Part shown: one piece after another, positions 46,723 through 55,155 of the stretch
Numbering within the stretch: position 1 is the first letter of the stretch
Layout of the letters: every line of letters begins with the position of its first letter
From: Bacteroidota bacterium
Lineage (GTDB): Bacteria; Bacteroidota; Bacteroidia; NS11-12g; UBA955
Assembly (NCBI GenBank): GCA_016868785.1
Contig: VGFS01000002.1
Location: 26,380 to 90,379 of the forward strand
Length of the DNA stretch: 64,000 nucleotides
Direction of reading: 5' to 3'
Translations under genes and position numbers: made by a program
Notes under the pieces: generated by a model
The model's input: the letters and a program-made list of their open reading frames with translations, nothing else
Databases searched by the model: none
What the model was told of the DNA's origin: nothing

Positions 46723-47561
46723 TCGTATTTGTAAAAGCCTTGCTTGGTTTTTTTGCCGTGGTGGCCGGCATCTACTTTTTGTTGTTGGATGCGGCTGGGG
46801 CGGAATTTGGCATCGTAGTGAAACTGTTGGAACATGGAGCTGGTGACGCTAAAATTGGTATCGATACCGATGAGATCCATGAGTTTAAACGGCCCCATTT
46901 TGAAGCCGCTGCTTTCGAGCAGGCGGTCGATGGCTTCGAGGGAGGCAGTATTTTCTTCGAGGGCTTTGAGGCTTTCTACGTAATAATGTCGGGCCACGCG
47001 ATTGACGATAAATCCGGGGGCGTCGGCAGCGTAGACGGTGGTTTTTCCGAGTGACTGCGACCAGTTGAAGGCTTTTTCTGCCACGGCGGGGTTGGTGGCC
47101 ACTCCTTTGATGACTTCCACCAATTTCATGATGTGGGCGGGGTTGAAGAAGTGCACGCCAACAACTCTGTCGGGGTGGTTGAGGCCAGCCGCGATTTGGG
47201 TGATGGGAATGCTGGAGGTATTGGTGGCGAAGATGGTTTCTGGGGTGTTGATGGTTTCTAGGAAGCCAAAGAGTTCGCGTTTGATGGGCAGTTGTTCGAG
47301 GACGGCTTCGATGATGAAATCGGCCACCAGGGTACGGCGGTCGGGGGTAATGCTGAGGAGCGACAGGGCTGCTGCGGCTTTGTCGGTGGTGGTTTTGCCT
47401 CTGGTAACGGCGATATCGAGTTGGTTTTGGATGTAGGCCTGTCCTTTTTCAAGGGCGGCGGGATGCACATCGAACAGAACGGTAGGGTATCCGGATTGGA
47501 TGCTACACAGGGCGATGCCTGATCCCATCACACCGGCGCCAATGACTGCCACTTTCATCAT
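46719..47561 (-). CDS. 3-hydroxyacyl/3-hydroxybutyryl-CoA dehydrogenase
   Basis: GAGVMGSGIA, IEAV.E...K, ATNTSS, G.HFFNP...MKLVEV, PGFIVNR, MGPF.L.D.IG.D. Confidence 0.93.
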   Translation of the reverse strand: MMKVAVIGAGVMGSGIALCSIQSGYPTVLFDVHPAALEKGQAYIQNQLDIAVTRGKTTTDKAAAALSLLSITPDRRTLVADFIIEAVLEQLPIKRELFGFLETINTPETIFATNTSSIPITQIAAGLNHPDRVVGVHFFNPAHIMKLVEVIKGVATNPAVAEKAFNWSQSLGKTTVYAADAPGFIVNRVARHYYVESLKALEENTASLEAIDRLLESSGFKMGPFKLMDLIGIDTNFSVTSSMFQQFHYDAKFRPSRIQQQKVDAGHHGKKTKQGFYKYD

Positions 47562-47591
47562 ACTTTCAAAGTTAGGGAAAGCGGTTGGAAG

Positions 47592-48842
47592 TTAGCGACC
47601 TTTCAACCAGCTTTGGGGATTTTGTTTTTCTTGTCCGTGCCAGATTTGGAATTGTAACACGGCTTTATCGTCGTCATCGGTCATAACTTTTCCAATGTGT
47701 TGATTCATGCGGATCACTTGTCCCTTTTCCACCAGCACCACAGAAAGGTGAGAATATACGGTGAAGAAATCGCCATGGTTTACCAGCACGGCTTGACCTT
47801 GTCCGGGTATGTTGAGGATGGCGCTCACGGTGCCTTCGAAGACGGCGCTGGCAAGTGCTCCGCGGGGTGAGGTGATATCTACGCCATTATTGACGGTTGT
47901 GATTCCTTCTAGGTCGGGGTGTTCATGCACGCCGAAGGTTTGGGAGATGAAGCCGCGTTCTACAGGCCAGGGCAGGTTGCCTTTGTTTTTGGAGAAGGCG
48001 CCACCGATGGCTCGGGCCTGGGGCGATAGGAGATTTTCTTTGCCGGCGCTGCTGCTACCGCCTCCGCTGCTGGCTTTGCTGGCGCTGCTAACGGCGCGGG
48101 CTTTGCGTTTGCGTTCGGCCTCGATTTCTTTGGCGATCAACCGACTGATTTCGTTGTTGAGTCGGGCAATGGCTTTTTCATTGTCGCGGATGCGATCGCG
48201 CAGTTCTTCTTCTTTGCCCGATAGTTCTTTGACTAGGGTTTGTTTGGCTTGTTTATCGGTCTCTAGTTCTTTGGATTCCTTTTCATTTTCGCCCATGAGC
48301 ACGGATTTCTCTTGCTTTACCCCTTCCAGTTGGTTGATGGTTTTTCCGAGCGATTGGGCTTGGGCTGTGATGGCGGTAATTTGATGTCGGCGATATCCCG
48401 AAATTTTTCTCAGGTATTTCCATCGGCGCATGGCTTGGGAGATGGATTTTGAGGAGAAAACGAAGGCGATTTCACGTCCGCTTTTGCGGGTTTTATAAGC
48501 TTTGATGATGGTTTTCTTTAACTTTAGCTGTTGGGCTGCATGCTCTCTGGTGAGACTGTCGAGAAATTTTTGTTTTTGTGTGAGTTCATAATTCACCGAA
48601 CGAATTTCCATTCCCAGGTTTTTGATGACCACCTGTCGCTGTTGGATGATTTGGTTGAGCGAATTGAGTTTATCGAGGGTGACCGACTTTTCTTTTTGGG
48701 TGGATGTCAGGGCCTTTTTTTGCTCGGCGATGACCCGTTGCATTTTTTTGCGTTTGGCTTCGAGTTGTTTGCGTGATTGGGCCTGTGTTGTGTTTGGCAA
48801 CAGGGAGGTAATCAGCAGCAATATGAGGGCCAGGATGCGCAA
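47592..48842 (-). CDS. Murein hydrolase activator EnvC / M23 family
   Basis: Long coiled coil plus F..NKG.LPWPV..G, NNGVDI, HG.FFTVYS.L, LQFQIW (degenerate M23). True start may be ATG near 48836. Confidence 0.9.
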   Translation of the reverse strand: MRILALILLLITSLLPNTTQAQSRKQLEAKRKKMQRVIAEQKKALTSTQKEKSVTLDKLNSLNQIIQQRQVVIKNLGMEIRSVNYELTQKQKFLDSLTREHAAQQLKLKKTIIKAYKTRKSGREIAFVFSSKSISQAMRRWKYLRKISGYRRHQITAITAQAQSLGKTINQLEGVKQEKSVLMGENEKESKELETDKQAKQTLVKELSGKEEELRDRIRDNEKAIARLNNEISRLIAKEIEAERKRKARAVSSASKASSGGGSSSAGKENLLSPQARAIGGAFSKNKGNLPWPVERGFISQTFGVHEHPDLEGITTVNNGVDITSPRGALASAVFEGTVSAILNIPGQGQAVLVNHGDFFTVYSHLSVVLVEKGQVIRMNQHIGKVMTDDDDKAVLQFQIWHGQEKQNPQSWLKGR

Positions 48843-48845
48843 GGG

Positions 48846-49667
48846 TTATTTTGGGAGGGTTTGTTTTTTGTAGGAACTATCGATTTTGAACGGATACGAA
48901 GGTATTGCATCGTATCGGGCCGTTGTTAACGTCAAATCGACTTGTGCACTTTGTTGTGCACTGGTGGTATTTATTTTAAGCGCCATGGGGAGGGCGGTGA
49001 TGTCTCCGTTGGATTCTTTGGACACGTTGAGCCACTTATAGTGTTCTACTGTTGCTTCATTCTTTTGGTTTATGCGACTGCTGATTTCGGTGAGGCGCAG
49101 TTGTGAGAATACAGAGGTCTGAGTAGACGCTGTGTCAAAATAAGATTTGATTACCAAGGGATTGGTTTGGGTTGTGTAGCAAAGCAGATTGTGTGATACT
49201 AAAAAATTGTAAACAGAATTGGGTGGTGTTTCGCGGCTGCAGGTATCAACTAAGGGCTGTCCTACAAACAGATTTTGGATTTGTTTGATGCCGAGGGGGA
49301 TGGGTGCTATTTTCAGGGCGTCTGACACGGGGATTTCGAAATAAACTTTTTCTGGATTGAGGTTGGGGATTTCGTTGATGGCAATTTTGATGGTGTCTTT
49401 GTGGATGATGCCTTTGGCCACGGGAATTTGGACACCCACATTGGCGCTGAGGCTAAACCAGACGATGGAATCGCGTTTCATGCGGATGCTAAGGACCAAG
49501 GGTGGGACGTCTTTATCATTTAAGTCAACATCGTACCGCCCGGTGAAATAGGTCCAGTGATTGTCTTGCGGCAGGCGGTTGTCCGTCAGCGGCAATTTTG
49601 TATTGGTTTGGGCCTGTGCGAGAGTATGGGTGCCTATTAGGGCGAGGAGGGTGAAAAGGGGCTTCAT
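48846..49667 (-). CDS. DUF4292 family protein (divergent)
   Basis: IRMKRDS.VW.S, Q.L..GQP, SYPFKI...YK. Typical position between TPR and EnvC genes. Confidence 0.75.
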   Translation of the reverse strand: MKPLFTLLALIGTHTLAQAQTNTKLPLTDNRLPQDNHWTYFTGRYDVDLNDKDVPPLVLSIRMKRDSIVWFSLSANVGVQIPVAKGIIHKDTIKIAINEIPNLNPEKVYFEIPVSDALKIAPIPLGIKQIQNLFVGQPLVDTCSRETPPNSVYNFLVSHNLLCYTTQTNPLVIKSYFDTASTQTSVFSQLRLTEISSRINQKNEATVEHYKWLNVSKESNGDITALPMALKINTTSAQQSAQVDLTLTTARYDAIPSYPFKIDSSYKKQTLPK

Positions 49668-49685
49668 GGGCTTGTGGGGTGGGGA

Positions 49686-50888
49686 TTATTTCTGTGAAGG
49701 AGGGGTTTTCAAATCCTGTGCCATTTGTTTCCAAAGGGTTAGGTATTGGACGGATTTGGCTTGATCGGCGATGGAAATGGCGAAGGGGAGGTCGTTGGGA
49801 GAGAGTCCTTCTTGCTGATTGAGTTGGATCCAGAGATTCAATGCGGTTTCGGTTTCGGGCAGTTTGGGGTTGCCGAAGTTGGGGTGTTGTTGGGCGCGGT
49901 GCGAGGCGATACGCGCTTGGATTCTCAGGTATTGGTTAAGCACGAACGGGTCGGTTTCCACTTGGCTGTTGGCGGTTTCGGCATCGGCGAGTTCCCATTG
50001 GTTGTTGTGGGCGTAGGCAAAGGCGTTGACCAGGTTGTGGGCGGAGAACACGGGGGCTACGGATTCGAGGGAATCGGCCCAGATATGGGCTTCTTGGAAG
50101 CGGTTCGTTTCGAAGCTGAGGGCTAGGAATTTTCGGTATTTGTTGGGGGTTGAAAGGGCGTTGGGTTTGCTGTTGGGGGCAGATTGGTTGGTGCTTTTGT
50201 TGGGGTTATTTCTGTTGGTATTGAGTTGTTGAATTTGCAGTTGGTCGTTGGCGAGCTGTCGGAACTGGGCCAATTTTTCGGTATTGCCGAGGTGTTTTTC
50301 CCAAGTATCGCAGAAAGTGCGCAATTGTTGGGCTTGTTGGGTGCTGTTGGGGCCTTTGAGGGTTTGCGACAGGGCGATGGCGGCAAAGTGATGAAAGGTA
50401 AAGGAATGGGGGTCGAGGGTGCAGAGCGTTTGGAAGGTGCTGGCGGCTTTGAGGGGTTGGTTGTGGTTGTATTCGAGGTTGGCTTTGAGGAAGAGCAGAT
50501 CGATGTTGTTGGGCTGCAGGGAGAGTCCGGTTTCGAGGTAGTGGAGGGCTTGGATGATATCGGGGGAATGGGTTTGGGCGCTGTTGTTTTTGGTGATGAA
50601 GGTATATTCTGCGGCGTGGAGTTGCGACAGGCGGAAGTAGGCGCCGAGGAGGAAGGGTTTGGTGGTGGGCGCGGAAAAGCTATCGATCAGTTGCTGAAAG
50701 GCTTGCTGGGCTTCGTGGAAGTTTTCGGCTTGGTATTGGGCTTCGGCGGAGTAGTAGGCCAGTTTGATGTTGGCAGGGGCATAGATTTCTTGGCTCGCAG
50801 ACTGGGCGCGGGCGGGGGATGCGGGGGTTATCGCACCAAAAAGGGCAAAGAAAATGAATAGGTAGGGTCTAATTACTCTGGCAATCAA
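49686..50888 (-). CDS. Exported TPR-like helical protein (divergent)
   Basis: Probable TTG start at 50888 overlapping the upstream stop, signal peptide, TPR-like segments (A..YLE.GL.LQPNN..LL). Occupies the TPR slot of the dut cluster. Confidence 0.65.
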   Translation of the reverse strand: MIARVIRPYLFIFFALFGAITPASPARAQSASQEIYAPANIKLAYYSAEAQYQAENFHEAQQAFQQLIDSFSAPTTKPFLLGAYFRLSQLHAAEYTFITKNNSAQTHSPDIIQALHYLETGLSLQPNNIDLLFLKANLEYNHNQPLKAASTFQTLCTLDPHSFTFHHFAAIALSQTLKGPNSTQQAQQLRTFCDTWEKHLGNTEKLAQFRQLANDQLQIQQLNTNRNNPNKSTNQSAPNSKPNALSTPNKYRKFLALSFETNRFQEAHIWADSLESVAPVFSAHNLVNAFAYAHNNQWELADAETANSQVETDPFVLNQYLRIQARIASHRAQQHPNFGNPKLPETETALNLWIQLNQQEGLSPNDLPFAISIADQAKSVQYLTLWKQMAQDLKTPPSQK

Positions 50889-51895
50889 CCGATGCTGCTG
50901 AAATCGCCAAGACTGTATTCTTGGCTGGGGGTGCGGTTGCCTTTCACCGCAACGTGGTTGCCGATGAGGGAGTCGTGGCAGTTGAAATGGCTGAGTGAAC
51001 ATTGCCCTTGTACGATGGTGTTGCTGATGGTGCAGTTTTCCACGGACGAATTGTTGCCGATGGAGGTATGCGGACCGATCACGCAGTTTTTCAAAGATAC
51101 ATTTTCACCGATGAAACAGGGCTCATGGATGGTAACACTTTCATCGAAACGGGCGGCGACTCCGGCGAATTCGGGGGCTTTGTTTACCAGCATGCGTTGG
51201 TTGGTGTACACCGTGGCGGCGTAATTGCCACAGTCGAGCCATTCATCCACGGCACCGGGGACAAACTGCATGCCTTTGGATTTCATGTTTTCCATGGCGT
51301 TGGTGAGTTGGTACTCGCCTTTTTCACGGATATTGTTGTCGATCAGATACTGAATCTCGGCCTCCAAGGTCTCCCCACTTTTGAAGTAGTAGATGCCGAT
51401 GATGGCCAGGTCGGACACAAATTCTTGGGGTTTTTCGATGAAGTCGGTGATGATGTTGTCTTGGTTGTATTTCACCACACCAAACGAGCTGGGGTTGGCT
51501 ACTTTGTGGACCCAGATTACCCCATCTTTGGTTTTGTCGAGGTTGAATTTTGTACGGAACAGTGTATCTGCAAAAGCCACGATGACATCGCCTTTGAGGC
51601 ATTCGCGTGCGCAGAGGATGGCATGGCCGGTTCCTTCGGCTACATCTTGGTAGAAAATTTTCCCTTTGGCTCCCACGCTTTCGGCGATTTGAAGGAGTTC
51701 GGCTTCTACGGCATCGCCAAATCTACCTACCACGAAACCAATTTCATCGATGGATTCACCGCAAACGGCGGCGATGTCGGTGATGAGCCAATGCACGATG
51801 GATTTTCCAGCGACTTTGATGAGGGGTTTGGGGGTGGTAAGTGTATGAGGGCGCATGCGTTTGCCCATGCCGGCCATTGGGATGATGAGTTTCAT
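50885..51895 (-). CDS. Sugar-phosphate nucleotidyltransferase
   Basis: IIPMAG.G.RMRPHTL..PKPL, GTGHA, FGVV, EKP, GEYQLT, WLDCG, C-terminal left-handed beta-helix. Confidence 0.92.
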   Translation of the reverse strand: MKLIIPMAGMGKRMRPHTLTTPKPLIKVAGKSIVHWLITDIAAVCGESIDEIGFVVGRFGDAVEAELLQIAESVGAKGKIFYQDVAEGTGHAILCARECLKGDVIVAFADTLFRTKFNLDKTKDGVIWVHKVANPSSFGVVKYNQDNIITDFIEKPQEFVSDLAIIGIYYFKSGETLEAEIQYLIDNNIREKGEYQLTNAMENMKSKGMQFVPGAVDEWLDCGNYAATVYTNQRMLVNKAPEFAGVAARFDESVTIHEPCFIGENVSLKNCVIGPHTSIGNNSSVENCTISNTIVQGQCSLSHFNCHDSLIGNHVAVKGNRTPSQEYSLGDFSSIG

Positions 51896-51965
51896 GAGGG
51901 GAAAGGGGTACTTTTTAAATCGTTAAAAATTGGTGCAAAGGTAAGGATTCGGAATGAATTGGGTG

Positions 51966-52409
51966 TTAGGGCTGTGTTACCCCGGTGCTACCGTACCCGC
52001 CATCGCCGCGTTGGGTGTTGGAGAGGGTATGGGTTTCGTTCCATTGCAAGGTGGCGTGTTGGGCGATGACCATTTGGGCGATGCGTTCTCCATTTTGGAT
52101 GGTGAAGGGGGCTTGACCGTGGTTGATGAGCAGCACTTTGATTTCACCGCGGTAGTCGGCATCGATGGTGCCGGGGCTATTGAGGACGGTGATGCCGTGT
52201 TTGAGGGCGAGGCCGCTGCGCGGCCTCACTTGCGCTTCATACCCTTCGGGCAGTTCAATGAACAATCCAGTGGGAACCAGAATCCGGGCTTGGGGCTCTA
52301 AAACCAGGGGCTCTGTGAGGTTGGCATGGAGGTCCATCCCGGCACTTAGGGCCGTTTGGTATTTGGGTAAGGGGTGTTGAGATTGGTTGATGATGTTAAC
52401 GGCTAGCAT
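51966..52409 (-). CDS. dut: dUTP diphosphatase
   Basis: [42 protein letters not shown]. Confidence 0.97.
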   Translation of the reverse strand: MLAVNIINQSQHPLPKYQTALSAGMDLHANLTEPLVLEPQARILVPTGLFIELPEGYEAQVRPRSGLALKHGITVLNSPGTIDADYRGEIKVLLINHGQAPFTIQNGERIAQMVIAQHATLQWNETHTLSNTQRGDGGYGSTGVTQP

Positions 52410-53943
52410 GTCGTTTTTTCAAAAAGGTTTCTATCAAATAAATCATCGCCCCATAAATCATCGGCAAGATAAAATAGCTGTATTGGGGCAGTTCGGGGCA
52501 GTATTGGGGCAGGAAGGTGACGGGCAAAATGGCCACGGAAAGGACGAACAAAAGCAATCCCACTTGGTAAGGAATGGGGTAGTTTTTTTGTCCGAAAGCA
52601 TACCCCAGCACCACCAAGGTGGCATAGGCGGCGAGGGTGGTGTAGGCCGAGGCCACAAATCCGTATTGGGGGATGAACAAATAGTTGCCGATGAGGGTAA
52701 CCACGGCTCCGGCGGCGGCGATGAGGCCACCCATTTTGGTTTGTCCCGACAGTTTATACCAAATGCTGAGGTTGTAGTACAATCCCAGGCACACGTTGGC
52801 ACACAGCAGCACGGGGATGATCGAAAGTCCGCGTGCGTTGTTGTAATAAATGGGTTTTTGCATGAGCAGCGGGGCGATCCAGGGCATGAAAACCATGGTG
52901 AATAGGTAAATCCCGCCGGTGGCATAGACGAACATGCGCATCACGTAGGCGTATGTTTCTTTGGCATCGGCATCGCTGCTTTTGCTGAAGAAGAAGGGTT
53001 CTGCGGCGAATCGGAAGGCCTGAACGAAGAGGGTGAGGACCAGGCTGAGTTTGTAGAAGGCCGAGTACATGCCTGTTTCGGCGTCGGCGATGTTGGCTGG
53101 CAAGAGGTTTTTGAGCAGCAGTCGGTCTATGGTTTCGTTGATCATCCCGGCGAGTCCAACGATGATGAGGGGGAGCGAGTATTGGAGCATCCGCTGTACC
53201 AGGGATACATCAAAGCCTTCTTTGAGTTGGGTGAAGGTGCTCGACAGCAGGGGCAGGGTGATGAGGGAGGCCAACAAGTTGCTGAGGAAGATGTTGGCGA
53301 TCATGTTGTGGGGGTTGGCTTGGGTTTGTCCCCAAGTGGCGATGGACTGCCAGGTATCGCTTGGAAAGAGGTCGTGCGACAGGTGGAGTCCGAAGAAGGT
53401 ATCGCGATGGTTTAGGACAAAGTCGCCGAAGGTGGGCGCTACAACGAGCAGTAAGAGGTTGGCGGCGATGTTGATGCCGATGTTGGAGAGTTTGATCCAG
53501 GCGAAGGACCAAGGTTTTTCTTGCTGACGCAACCAGGCAAATCCGAGCGCGGCGATGGCATCGGCGGCGAGGATGTATACGAGGTATTCGATGAGTTCGG
53601 GGTATTGGGGGTATCCCATCCAGTCCATGATTTGCGGTCCCATCCAACAGGCGGTGAGGACGGCGGCGCAGCCGGTGAGTATGAGGGTATAGGTTGCCGA
53701 GGAGAGGACTTTGGCGGGTTTTTGGGTTTGTTTGGAGAAGTGGAAGAAGGCGGTTTCAAGTCCGAGTGCAAAGACGATGGCCAGGAAACTTGCGTAGGTA
53801 AACATGACGCTCACCACACCGTATTCGGCTGGGGAGAGTTTGATCAGATACAGGGGTACGAGCAAATAATTGATCAACCGACCCACCATGGTGCTGAGTC
53901 CGTAGACGGCGGTTTGCGAGGCCAATTTTTTGAGAACGCTCAT
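52396..53943 (-). CDS. MOP-superfamily polysaccharide flippase (Wzx-like)
   Basis: [13 protein letters not shown]....[33 protein letters not shown]. Many TMs. Start ATG 53943. Confidence 0.9.
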   Translation of the reverse strand: MSVLKKLASQTAVYGLSTMVGRLINYLLVPLYLIKLSPAEYGVVSVMFTYASFLAIVFALGLETAFFHFSKQTQKPAKVLSSATYTLILTGCAAVLTACWMGPQIMDWMGYPQYPELIEYLVYILAADAIAALGFAWLRQQEKPWSFAWIKLSNIGINIAANLLLLVVAPTFGDFVLNHRDTFFGLHLSHDLFPSDTWQSIATWGQTQANPHNMIANIFLSNLLASLITLPLLSSTFTQLKEGFDVSLVQRMLQYSLPLIIVGLAGMINETIDRLLLKNLLPANIADAETGMYSAFYKLSLVLTLFVQAFRFAAEPFFFSKSSDADAKETYAYVMRMFVYATGGIYLFTMVFMPWIAPLLMQKPIYYNNARGLSIIPVLLCANVCLGLYYNLSIWYKLSGQTKMGGLIAAAGAVVTLIGNYLFIPQYGFVASAYTTLAAYATLVVLGYAFGQKNYPIPYQVGLLLFVLSVAILPVTFLPQYCPELPQYSYFILPMIYGAMIYLIETFLKKRHASR

Positions 53944-53977
53944 GGTGCGAATATAGGGAGTTTGGGTGGGGGTTGGC

Positions 53978-54601
53978 TCAGGGGGTTGTTGCCTGAAATT
54001 GTTGAAATTGTTGGAAGTAGTCGGGGGCGAGCGGACCCAAATTGAACAGCAGGTCGATGGTGCTGAGGGGCGAGCGGAAGCCAAATTTGGTATCGAACAC
54101 TTGGGGGTAGTTGGGCAGGGTGAGGGCTTGGTATTGTTGGTAGTATGGGGTTAGCAGTTGCTGTGCGATGATTGATTTTTCTGCTCCGGGGGCGGGTGAG
54201 TATTGGGGTTGTTGGTTGATTTTTAGGTTGGTAAAAAGCACTTGGTTGCAGCCTTCGATAAGGTCTTGCATGGTGGTGGGTTTTTCGTTGAACACGGCCC
54301 AAAATCGATAATCGTAATATTCGAAGAAGGGCGATTTGCCGTAGGCGGTTTGCCAGGCTTGTTTATGGTCTTTGATCCAGTTTTGGTTGTAGTTGATGCG
54401 CACGTGGGGGAGGGGGATGTTGCGGTCATCGTGGTGCACGGGCACCGAAAGTGGTTGGATGTTATTGGGTCCACCGATGGCATAACGATTGTGTCCGTTC
54501 TGTTTTTGGAAGGGCACATTTTGAAGGATGGAAAATTGCGACTGCTGTAGGCCGATGACAAACCATCGCACATCGGGGAGGAGGGTATAGGGCAGGTACA
54601 T
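53978..54601 (-). CDS. WbqC-like family protein
   Basis: F.KQ...NR..I, LSVPV, W...H.....AYGKSPFFEYY, Y.QVF....GF...LS.IDLLFN.GP. Confidence 0.88.
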   Translation of the reverse strand: MYLPYTLLPDVRWFVIGLQQSQFSILQNVPFQKQNGHNRYAIGGPNNIQPLSVPVHHDDRNIPLPHVRINYNQNWIKDHKQAWQTAYGKSPFFEYYDYRFWAVFNEKPTTMQDLIEGCNQVLFTNLKINQQPQYSPAPGAEKSIIAQQLLTPYYQQYQALTLPNYPQVFDTKFGFRSPLSTIDLLFNLGPLAPDYFQQFQQFQATTP

Positions 54602-55095
54602 CAGGGGTAGAAGGGGAGGACGGGCAGGGTATCGGGACAGGCGACGAGGAGTTCTTTGAGCGATTTGCGGTGTTGGGGATGTCGGTAGTTGGGGGCGATG
54701 TCGGCCAGGGGCTGCAGCACAAACCTTCGGTTTTGCATGTATGGGTGGGGGATTTGCAGGGATTCTTTGTCGATTATTGAATCGTTATATAGTAATATGT
54801 CTATATCAATCGTTCTAGGTCCCCACGGGATATCGCGCCTACGACCGAGTTGTTTTTCGATGTATAAACATTTGTTTAGCAGCATTTTGGGTGTGAAGGG
54901 TGTTTTGACGATGATGGCTTGGTTGAGGAAATCGGGTTGATCGGTATGGCCCCAGGCGGCGGTTTGGTAGAGGGCGGAGACTTTGACAATTTCACCCACT
55001 TGTTGGGCGATGAGCATTTGGGCTTTGCCGATGTTTTGCAATCGGTTTCCCATGTTGCCCCCAAGTCCGAGCGCTACCCAATTTTCGACGTACAT
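54601..55095 (-). CDS. folK: 2-amino-4-hydroxy-6-hydroxymethyldihydropteridine diphosphokinase
   Basis: LGLG.N.G.R, Q.DFLN, E..LGR.R...WGPRTIDIDIL, IPHP....R.FVL.PL. Confidence 0.96.
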   Translation of the reverse strand: MYVENWVALGLGGNMGNRLQNIGKAQMLIAQQVGEIVKVSALYQTAAWGHTDQPDFLNQAIIVKTPFTPKMLLNKCLYIEKQLGRRRDIPWGPRTIDIDILLYNDSIIDKESLQIPHPYMQNRRFVLQPLADIAPNYRHPQHRKSLKELLVACPDTLPVLPFYP

Positions 55096-55155
55096 GATGT
55101 CTGCGAAGATAAATACACCATGGCGAAGGTAGAGAACCCCTATTTTTGTGCTTCT

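Noticed and set aside
54919-55155. N-terminal extensions in the ORF track (also 2258, 8890, 31116, 38421, 51002, 54084, 60896)
   Set aside because: Most overlap neighbouring genes or promoter elements. Downstream starts fit family N-termini, signal peptides or TAnnTTTG positions better.
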